DNA of 9,691 nt. Origin: Rotaria sordida. Its lineage: Eukaryota. Below, one piece after another: positions 1-7,672 of this stretch. Below the pieces are notes generated by a model. That model did not search any database. It was not told where the DNA came from and saw only the letters and a list, made by a program, of their open reading frames with translations. Both the position numbers and the translations under genes were made by a program. Position 1 is the stretch's first letter. Every line of letters starts with the position of its first letter. Where the stretch lies: positions 49,238 through 58,928 of the forward strand of contig CAJNOH010000455.1 of NCBI GenBank assembly GCA_905250005.1. The letters are read 5' to 3'.

Positions 1-236
1 CATCGTCTAATGATACTGAGCAATATACGCGATATAATGAAAACAATAATGAGCTGAATAATTGTTAAGATCAGAACAGGAACTCTTTTTTGGTCGTGAT
101 ACTTCAATAGACGGAAATGATAAATGTCTTGTCAATGAGCCGAATGAAACAGAAGTTTTCTTTCCAGTGATTGGTTGATCTGATTGTGTTTTAGAAAATC
201 GTCTAGTTTTATGCCATCGGTTCCGTAGAAATCCAT
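1..236 (-). CDS. Possible 5' part of a membrane-anchored protein gene that reads out of the left window edge. It is interrupted by an in-frame TGA, so it may be a pseudogene or a mis-joined exon.
   Basis: A minus-strand ATG at 236-234 opens MDFYGTDGIKLDDFLKHNQINQSLERKLLFHSAH. An in-frame TGA follows at 134-132. The same frame then stays open for 43 codons to position 1: QDIYHFRLLKYHDQKRVPVLILTIIQLIIVFIISRILLSIIRR. That is a ~23-aa hydrophobic helix flanked by basic residues. A pyrimidine-rich ...ttgacaag acceptor-like site near 128 means the helix-encoding part could be an internal exon instead. It is missing from the ORF track because it is split and edge-truncated. Confidence 0.3.
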
Positions 237-753
237 GTATCAGTAATCATTTTCAAGCGATTTGATAGATCATTAATTTGACTAACTTTAAATTACCAAT
301 CCAAAAAAGTATTCGTGATTTGGTACATTCATGTTCAGGCGAAAGAAACATTCTGAACCTCTCATTCGAATATACATGAGTATTGAAGAAGTCGAATCGA
401 CCAAACTACCTGGGATTCTTCTTGAATATGGGCCGAGTTTTGTTAGGTGTAGAGTTTGCTATTTCTAATTCGTATTTTCTGCCAAATATTACTGTATATT
501 TTTTGTGTTTAACAGATCAAATGATTGCTGTTATAGATTCAACAGCGGAGGAGATTTATTTGTTTATGCATTTTGATTGATGGGTTATTGTGTTGTGTTT
601 GCATGGATATAAATTAAAATCCGCTCTCGACCTTCCCTATGTATATAAGAATAGATAGTTTCATTTAAAGTTATATAAAAATGAATACGAACGATGTTTC
701 ATATAAACAAGGGCAAATTGAAGTGGTATTAATAATCTCATGGATTAATTACA

Positions 754-1175
754 ATGAACAATAAAGTCCTGTACAGTTTGACTGTTATTATTACATATGT
801 TGAAGATCTTGGAGGGAGCAACAGTTACAGTCATCTGTTACGGAAAAGTATCTGTGAATCTTAAAAAACTCAACTTCCACCTAAAATCTGTTTGATTGAA
901 TTATTCTCGATATAGAAAACTATTTCCAGTACTTTTTCAGCTTTTATACAACAGTGCGAAGAATTGTTTCCACGTCAATGCTTCATCTCGCAGAGCAAGG
1001 GATGTGTTCGTGTAGTTCAAAGGAAACAGAAGGTATATAGCACATTTGAATCACATCTTTCATCAATCTCTTCATAATGAACACGATTATCAATAAAATC
1101 TCTCTTTCTCAAATACTGTAATGAATTCGTATAAGCAATATATATTCCCAGACAAGTTTTTACAGAAGAAGATAA
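754..1175 (+). CDS. Hypothetical small spliced ORF with putative exons 754-847, 941-1032 and 1152-1175.
   Basis: ATG at 754 has an in-frame TAA at 733 upstream. Exon 1 ends A|GTATCT (donor at 848, phase 1). A 93-nt intron ends in tactttttcag at 940. Exon 2 (941-1032) ends AAG|GTATAT in phase 0. A possible third exon follows attcccag (1152) and stops at a TAA ending at 1175. The joined product starts MNNKVLYSLTVIITYVEDLGGSNSYSHLLRKTFIQQCEELFPRQCFISQSKGCVRVVQRKQK. A second frame is also open across exon 2, and no family is recognised, so support is weak. Confidence 0.2.
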
Positions 1176-2348
1176 TCACATTGTTTCATAACAAGTAAAC
1201 TCTTTTGTCTTCGTCACTCGTAAGCTTATGGCAATGTGTTATTATCTCGAAACAGGATGTGATATACCTATAGTACACTAGTCATATCTTATGAGGTTAA
1301 TGCTACGTATTCCACAATTCTTACGAATGTATGGAAATCAATTTATTGTGTATGAATAGTTATGATAGCAAGGTGAACGACTATCAGAGTAGCAGATAGA
1401 CACAAGTGCATTCCATGTTATTTTTCTAGATGTCAAAAAAACGTGTCGATACTTTTGGAACTTTCTACTATGATCTTCGGAGTCAATCTATGAGTTTTAT
1501 ATTTTACTCTTGGTAAAGACAAGGCTAACACGCTCTTCATTCATACAACAATTTGTATCGATTTCTATATTCATATTTGAACATTATATCGTCTCAGAAA
1601 TTTTGTTATTCTTCTATTATTCACAAAAAAACTCCTTTATACATGATTGTCATCATATAGAAATCATCTACAAAACAAGATTGAATAAGAACTTGATCAT
1701 TTTTCTATGATACTAATAATTAATAATTTTTCAGTCTCGTGCCGATCAATTATTCTACTAATCGAAGTTTGGTTTCATGATTTTGCACAAAGTCACTCTT
1801 ACGGTTCACAATTCATTTGGAACAATTCTCGCTGCTATTGATCAATCTATTCTCAATTTTAATATCGTACTTCGAAAGAGACACATATCAAAGAAAGTCT
1901 TTAAATTATTTATCTTTGCAGTCGGAAAAAAATCCAAATCTGTTTACTAGAAAAAGCTTTTTTTTATTGTACATGTCCAATCCTTCAGTGGATGGAGGTC
2001 AGACAACAAGGTATATTCACGGTCATCTGTCTCTGTTCTACACGAGTTCGTCTTTGAACATAAGTTACATTTATGACAATACATCGGATATGTAAGTAGA
2101 TGTTATCGTTACCATATTCGGAGTTATACGAAAATGGTAAATTTTTAGAAATAGATACGTAATAGATAAATATTGGTCCATTAACCTTCTGATTCGCGAA
2201 AGTGATTAGGAAGATTTTGGATAATTTCAATCGAAGGCTCTCTCAAATGATCTCTCTCTTGTTTCATAATACCACATGAAATAAAATAAAATTGAAACTC
2301 TAGATCTTAAATATGGACTTCTGTTAGATTTCAATTCGATTTTGACGG

Positions 2349-2360
2349 TGTGGGTGTGGG
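2349..2360 (+). repeat. Telomere-like hexamer tract (TGTGGG)x2, followed by degenerate units (GTAGGTGTGA).
   Basis: Direct read: tgtgggtgtggg at 2349-2360. It is G-rich in an otherwise G-poor, AT-rich context. Confidence 0.85.
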
Positions 2361-2794
2361 GTAGGTGTGACTCTTCTCTTGATAAACACCCATCGAAATG
2401 TACACGTACATAATGAGCATTTCTCGAAGTTCTATATAATGTATGCATTCACACAGGCCTTTCAGAAGTTTTTTCAGAAAAAAATCCTCTAATAAAAAAG
2501 TATATGGACGGATAAATTCTGTTAGAGTTATATTAGTTCATTTCTCTTATAAATCGACAGTAGACTTAAAAACGCATACTGCAAATATAGTAAACAAGAG
2601 AGCCAGTTTGCTTTTTCTTAATATAAAAGCAGATCAATGTGGATTGAGTTGTATTGTTTCTATAAAGTACATGTCAGAATAGATGAATGTGAATGTGGGT
2701 GGATGATTGTCGTTGTTTGGTAAGGTTGTGTGCATGTGTATGTATTAAGTACATATCTATAAATGGATGTTGATCACTAGAAAAGCATCTAATA

Positions 2795-2806
2795 CCCACA
2801 CCCACA
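2795..2806 (-). repeat. Telomere-like hexamer tract (CCCACA)x2 on the plus strand, i.e. (TGTGGG)x2 on the minus strand, followed by the variant unit CCTACA.
   Basis: Direct read: cccacacccaca at 2795-2806. It is the exact reverse complement of 2349-2360. Confidence 0.85.
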
Positions 2807-3326
2807 CCTACATGAACATCATCTTCATACTACGTAACCATGGTATTGGTCTCACTAGTAACTTTGATTGATCACGCAAACAGAATTATACCAATATAAG
2901 CTTAGAGTGTAAAATCGAATATTTGTTTTCATTGCGACAAAATAATCAAAATTCAGAATTTGTCAACCATAATTTTCCTCTAAAATTGTTTAAAGCAATA
3001 CTCATTATCTTTAGCAAAGAAAAAAAATACAAACGATATGACAATAGAAAGAAATCGAAACATATTTTGATATAATTCTCTAATCATATTATTCGTTTAT
3101 AGAGAATAATTACAAAGGCAAATGTCTTTTTTATTTGGACAGCATGAAAAAGTTCATTTGTCGAAACCATAAGAGCACGATGAAGAGAAAAGAAATAAAA
3201 GCAATAAGCAATTGTTAGTACAAACACTCACACAAACTCTAACAGCCATGCGAACAAATAAGATATCTTCTATCAAAGCTAATCAGAAGGCAAAATTCAT
3301 CAAAACCAATACAAAAGCAATTCGTG

Positions 3327-3552
3327 ATGTGCCATCAAAAACCAAACGATCATCGTACGATTATTGTTGAACGAATCGACTCTCGAATGATTCTTTTTCT
3401 TGTTCATTTATCTAGTCGTCGTCGCTCCAATCTACTGAAAGCAGTTTCACTCATTCTCTGTGTAGCGATTACTGCAGCAGCCGGCGCAATCATTCCTGCT
3501 ATTGTCGCATCTACAATTCAGCAAACTACGACATCGACCATGACGACAGGAG
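3327..3552 (+). CDS. Exon 1 of a type II (signal-anchor) membrane glycoprotein gene.
   Basis: ATG at 3327 has an in-frame TAA at 3240 upstream. It encodes MCHQKPNDHRTIIVERIDSRMILFLVHLSSRRRSNLLK, then the hydrophobic helix AVSLILCVAITAAAGAIIPAIVASTI, then QQTTTSTMTTG. The exon ends G|GTCAAT (donor at 3553, phase 1). The positive charges precede the helix, so the N-terminus is predicted cytoplasmic. ATG 3387 is an alternative start. Confidence 0.7.
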
Positions 3553-3605
3553 GTCAATACTTTCCTAATTATATTTTTCTTTCTCACATTCAAAAAGTTT
3601 TGCAG

Positions 3606-3637
3606 TGACATCAGCAATCGGATCAAATAATACAACG
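3606..3637 (+). CDS. Exon 2 of the same gene, a 32-nt micro-exon.
   Basis: It follows a 53-nt intron (3553-3605) that ends in a pyrimidine-rich ...ttttgcag. With phase 1 carried in, it reads V TSAIGSNNTT and ends ACG|GTACAT in phase 0. It is the only way I found to connect exon 1 to the Ser/Thr frame of exon 3, and its S/T/N composition matches both flanking exons. Confidence 0.55.
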
Positions 3638-3698
3638 GTACATGAAAAGATATTCATCGCGTTTTTTTTTTGTCGAAAAGTTGCTCTTTTCTTTATAG

Positions 3699-3773
3699 CT
3701 ATCAAATATATCAAGCAGCAATTCTTCTACAAGTTTTACAAGCTCCACTAGTTCTACAAGTTCTACAACTACT
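3699..3773 (+). CDS. Exon 3 of the same gene, encoding a Ser/Thr-rich mucin-like stalk.
   Basis: It follows a 61-nt intron (3638-3698) ending cttttctttatag. It encodes LSNISSSNSSTSFTSSTSSTSSTTT and ends ACT|GTAAGT, a consensus donor in phase 0. Confidence 0.65.
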
Positions 3774-5078
3774 GTAAGTTCTTCTAGGGAGGATCTGATG
3801 ACAATAAAATTGAGAGGAGATCGACTGTTGTTCAAGAAATTATCGGATGTGGGTGTTGCATGGTCTTTTACTAATCCATACTTGCACCCAGATCCATTCA
3901 CACAGATGCAGGCAAAACTCACATTCACACTCCTTAAATTATAATAGTAGTGCTGTTTTGAAATTTTCTTTTGTTCTTTACACACGATTAAACTGATTTT
4001 TTCAGTGAAATATTCTGTATTATATTCTCTACGCAATATGTATTGATGGCTTTATCCTGAAAGTCAAATATGGAAAATTTAACGTATTTTCTCATACAGC
4101 TTAATTTCTCGAATGGCTGCACAAGCGTTAGACCATAGTATCAAAGTTCTCTTTCTCATCATATAGTAAGGAAATTCTTTCAATTAATATATCTGATGTA
4201 AAACTAATCTTCTCAGCCGTCGGACACAAAGTAGAAAGATTTTAACCTTACTTAGTACGATAAAAGACAAGGGATAATTTTTTCGAGTCGATTTCAAACA
4301 TGAGATCATTTGTTGTGAAACAAACGAAATCAAAGTAAATTGCTAAAGTTTCACTGATTTTAGATTGTTTTATTGAAAGACTCTGTTATTAAGAAGTCTC
4401 AATTTTTTTTGGAGAGTAAGCAAAAATAACCAGAACCTTATCTCCTTAATTGTAGATCAAATTCTTTTAATCATAAGTGAAAAGCAGAGTTTTTCCAAGT
4501 CTGAGCGATGAACACTTCAATTTTTTTCCTGCCATAGACTTCTAGTAAATGATATCATTAAACTTATTTGTTTCATTATTTTTTTTCTTTTGCTTTACAT
4601 AGTGTTTCATAGTATTTTTGAGATTTGCGTTGGATAATAAAATAATCAGTGCACGTTGCATGCAGTTTAAAAGTAAGATTTCCATAGGATAGACTGCATT
4701 TTTTTTAACGGGGAAGAGGCGACTAAGCTGTCAAAAATCGGAAATTTTCATTGAATGAAATATTTTCACTTAGTACGGTTTGAGAAATGTTTTCCTAAAG
4801 ATGAGGATAGAGCACCTTAGCCTTTGTCTTCGGTACGTTTCTGACTTATTGGAAAAACATAGATAAAAAAAGGAACTCAACCAAGAGCAATAAAACTAAA
4901 TTTATTTATAACCAGTCTATGACCTATTCGAGAAAAGTATACCTTTTGACTGCCATGATTCTCAAAAAGTAAATTGTGAAACATAGTGCTCGGAAAGTTT
5001 TCAAAATACTTAAATATTTGACTGGGTATTAATGGATATTTTGTGAAATATAACGATGGAACGCATAATTTATTCTAG
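3774..5078 (+). other. Putative intron 3 (1305 nt), far longer than the sibling introns of 53 and 61 nt.
   Basis: It runs from the GTAAGT donor at 3774 to tttattctag at 5078. Both junctions are phase 0. The Ser/Thr run continues across the join (...TSSTTT | TSSTTTACP). I saw no convincing additional exon inside it. Confidence 0.55.
3846..3935. repeat. Inverted patch of degenerate telomere-like units inside intron 3.
   Basis: G-strand gatgtgggtgttgcatgg (3846-3863) contains TGTGGGTGT at 3848-3856. C-strand cacccagatccattcacacag...ctcacattcacactcc follows at 3885-3932. ggatgtgggtgttgca and the reverse complement of ttgcacccagatcc form a short inverted repeat. The 11-mer cattcacacag is shared with P1 near 2450. 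Confidence 0.5.
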
Positions 5079-5495
5079 ACTAGTTCAACTACCACAGCTT
5101 GTCCCATAAATGTCTGTACTTATTCGACCTGGTATACATTGACAGCGTCGGGCTACTACGGTGTCGAACATGTTGATATCAATTGTACTCAAACTCTGTC
5201 AAATTTTACTGGACAAATCGTTGTTCAACGTAATTTGGGTGCTACTTTTGCCAAACACTACACTACATTCTGGAATACTACTGTAAATCAGACACATACC
5301 GATACGGTCTCAGAAATTACCTACTTGTGGACAATTATTCCTGGACAAATAATTACAGGTAGTGGATTTCCATATTATATTGAAGCACAATTTGACTTGA
5401 CAGGCCACAATCAAACGGTCAGCGGTGATACGTATTCACTTGTCATCGTAGATGCATGTAACGGTCAAACACTGACCCAAACGGGACATTTTTAA
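5079..5495 (+). CDS. Exon 4 (terminal) of the same gene. It encodes the end of the stalk and a ~125-aa Cys-containing extracellular domain of unrecognised family.
   Basis: The ORF-track entry 5139-5495 extends upstream in frame to the acceptor at 5078. The product is TSSTTTACPINVCTYSTWYTL followed by TASGYYGVEHVDINCTQTLSNFTGQIVVQRNLGATFAKHYTTFWNTTVNQTHTDTVSEITYLWTIIPGQIITGSGFPYYIEAQFDLTGHNQTVSGDTYSLVIVDACNGQTLTQTGHF, with the TAA stop ending at 5495. It has 4 Cys and 5 N-x-T sequons (NCT, NFT, NTT, NQT, NQT). Third-position G is avoided. Confidence 0.8.
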   Translation, partial: TSSTTTACPINVCTYSTWYTLTASGYYGVEHVDINCTQTLSNFTGQIVVQRNLGATFAKHYTTFWNTTVNQTHTDTVSEITYLWTIIPGQIITGSGFPYYIEAQFDLTGHNQTVSGDTYSLVIVDACNGQTLTQTGHF

Positions 5496-5558
5496 GAGAA
5501 AATTTTTATCAAAAAATTTATGAACTATAAAATAATCCATAGTTTGGAAAAGAAATCA

Positions 5559-5564
5559 AATAAA
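5559..5564 (+). promoter_or_regulatory. Candidate polyadenylation signal AATAAA for the 3327-5495 gene.
   Basis: An AATAAA sits ~64 nt downstream of the stop codon. This hexamer arises easily by chance in AT-rich DNA, so support is weak. Confidence 0.3.
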
Positions 5565-5822
5565 TTATTTTTGTGCTACTCTTGTTTTCGCTCTTCTATG
5601 CCGAAGTTGTGATCATTGTTTTGTTGCATTGTTGTAAGAGAATTGATTGTATTTAAGATTCTATTTAGCTAAATGATTAAAAGTATAGCGAGTTGATCCT
5701 AATTCTCTCACAAAAATTTAATTTTCGACAGTTCATCTATATAGTTCGATTAGATAACAGTGTGTTGAGCTGATTTTCAGTTGTAACATTGAGAAAATAT
5801 TTCTGCGTCAATCAATAATTCT

Positions 5823-6119
5823 GTATACGGTTGATCATTAAAGAAGAAATCATTGTATATTTTATGAGAACCGTAAAAAGACGACTAGATGTATATCTTT
5901 TCATTTGTCTTGTTTTCTTAATGTCGCAATCACTATAGGTTTTCTTCGTTATTATTCAACGCATATGTTAAACGACATGTCTCTCACCAAATAATACAAC
6001 TTGATGAAATGCACGTTGAAGAAGAGAAATGTTTTTCTTTCGCAAAAAAATATGCATTGATTTGTGTTTTTACGGTTCTCACAAACTACAGTATGAATTT
6101 TTAATGATCAATTGCATAC
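5823..6119. repeat. Degenerate palindrome P2 (~300 bp).
   Basis: The outer arms 5823-5882 and 6066-6119 are inverted copies at ~80% identity by hand alignment. Perfect cores are gagaaccgtaaaaa (5866-5879) against tttttacggttctc (6067-6080), and ttgatcattaaa (5831-5842) against tttaatgatcaa (6100-6111). The interior is weakly mirrored around the 8-bp palindrome gacatgtc (5974-5981). Confidence 0.6.
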
Positions 6120-6615
6120 CTAATTAATGCACAAATTAGTCCTTTTTGATAGGCAAACAATAAATGGCTTCGAACAGCTTTTGACAAATCAAGAGTGCAC
6201 AAGTATATAAAATGTACTTTCTAAAAAGCTGTCTTAATATCTTCCTAATGTTGCTAGTAATAATTAGTCACGCATAAACATCATCATTACTAACTAGGTT
6301 TCTTGTCTTTTCTTTCATCAAACGATTGGTTGTATCTGTTAAGAATGGATGATGATTGGGAAACATGAAGTATTTGCTTCGTTTCTTGTCAAAGAAGCGT
6401 AGATTTTAAACAGAACCATTGTTGAAATAGCATATTTTGAACAAAAAGAAAATGAATACGAATAGGAAAGAACCGAAATTTAAATCCATCGGATAGTGGA
6501 GAACAGAAAGAAAAAACTAAAATCATATGAATGAAAATTTGCATCTGTCCCAATAAAAATTCTGATCGAGTAAAATTTCATTTTCACAACCGATAGAATA
6601 TATGTACTAAAAGGG

Positions 6616-7235
6616 TAAATTCGTGGAATTTCTACCACTTTGTGGAAGAAAGGCGTTCTGTGCTAATGTTCTGAAAGACAGTTTCTTTTTCGATTTTAAT
6701 AGTCTAGTTAGACGAGTCATAGTCGAAAATGATCTGTGGTAATAATTAAAACCTCTTTGAACATATAAATGGTATCTCATGATGACTGACGATAAATGAT
6801 TAATTATATTTTTCATACTTTTTCTTGACATAGAGAACTAAAATTTCTATCACATACATATCTGACGAAAGTTTCAGCTGTCTAGTTAAAGCTAGTGATG
6901 AAATACATCAATTTTCGTACTCGATTCTTGCATATTTAAAATCGAGTACGAAAATTGATGTATTTTATCACTGGCTTTAACTAGACAGCTGAAACTTTCA
7001 GAGATATTGATTAGATATATATATGATAAAAATTTCAGCTCTCTGTGTCAAAAAGAAGTATGAAAAATATGATTAATCATTTATCATCAGTCATCATGAG
7101 ATACCATTTATATGTTCAAAAAGGTTTTAATTGTTACCTCAGATCATTTTCGACTATGACTCATCTAAACTAGCCTATGAAAATAAAAAAGGAATTTTTT
7201 TTTCCACAAAAGTGGTAAAAACTCTACAGATTCAC
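6616..7235. repeat. Large near-contiguous palindrome P3, a foldback/hairpin with ~300-bp arms and a 13-nt central spacer.
   Basis: The left arm (6616-6926) is the reverse complement of the right arm (6940-7235). Perfect blocks are 6901-6926/6940-6965 (26 bp), 6867-6892/6974-6999 (26 bp) and 6756-6789/7087-7120 (34 bp). The inner ~230 bp is ~90% identical. The outer ~90 bp is more diverged and carries a ~25-nt indel. The loop is cttgcatatttaa (6927-6939). Confidence 0.9.
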
Positions 7236-7672
7236 TCAAAAACGACTTTGGTAATTAACAAATAAAAAACAATTTGTTTACTTTGATCAATATCCATTAA
7301 AAAATCACATTGAAAGCTCTAGAACTCTGTGAAAGTTTCAGAAATCAGTGACGACTGCAAAATCTGAAATTTATGTTCTTCATTTACTATGATAATAAAT
7401 AGAAATTTTCAGGTAGGTAAATTAGAATCATTTTGATTCTATAAGAGAAGACGTCAAAACACTTTCATTATTTCTTACTCATAGGAGATTGATTTCTAAG
7501 ACTTTTTATTTAATTAGTTGATTCGATGATTTCTCTTACATCTGTATTCAATCAAGTCTGTTTCAGTCCATTTGTAAATGATGTTTGAGTCATATTATTG
7601 GGAGAAAGTAGAAATATAACAGTTTTTTCTTCATATGATTTCCGTACTGTTGTTCTATTACAATTTCAATAG

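Larger units (their letters stand above)
2345..2812. repeat. Degenerate palindrome P1 (~470 bp) whose two outer ends are the inverted TGTGGG tracts.
   Basis: I hand-aligned 2349-2412 against the reverse complement of 2748-2806. Beyond the hexamers, ctcttctcttgataaacacccatcgaaatgtacacgtac matches cttttctagtgatcaacatccatttatagatatgtac at ~70% identity. Inner mirrored patches are also present: gcattcacacagg near 2447-2460 against gaatgtgaatgtggg at 2685-2699. Similarity stops at the hexamer tracts. Confidence 0.55.

Noticed and set aside
383-580. A 65-aa ORF from the track. The same applies to the track ORFs at 1510-1710, 1817-2095, 2443-2682, 8599-8796 and 9155-9379.
   Set aside because: They are low-complexity and Phe/Ile/Leu/Lys-rich, as expected from random AT-rich DNA. 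Several rely on non-ATG starts. None has flanking splice signals or a protein-like pattern.
1430-1512. An ATG-initiated mini-ORF ending at a good TTG|GTAAAG donor, looking like a possible first exon.
   Set aside because: Splicing to the nearest acceptor (gtctcag at 1597) creates an immediate TGA. I found no downstream exon in phase.
1985-2448. Two abutting minus-strand ORFs (2227-2448 and 1985-2230) next to the left telomere-like tract. They could be a frameshifted transposon ORF remnant.
   Set aside because: I see no recognisable reverse-transcriptase, transposase or endonuclease motifs. Part of the 2227-2448 ORF is just the translated hexamer tract (HLPHTHT). The ORF lengths are within chance for this composition.
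3623-4036. The longest ORF in the track (137 aa, minus strand).
   Set aside because: It lies antisense to the Ser/Thr-rich exon 3 and the repeat patch. Its ELTVVVELVELVELVKLVEELL run is simply the complement of the ACT/AGT/TCT codon repeats. The sense-strand spliced model explains the region better.
6607-6831. A 74-aa minus-strand ORF inside the left arm of palindrome P3.
   Set aside because: The mirror copy in the right arm (from about 7059, plus strand) hits TAG after ~37 codons, and the differences between copies are mostly non-synonymous. It is an incidental ORF in a structural repeat.
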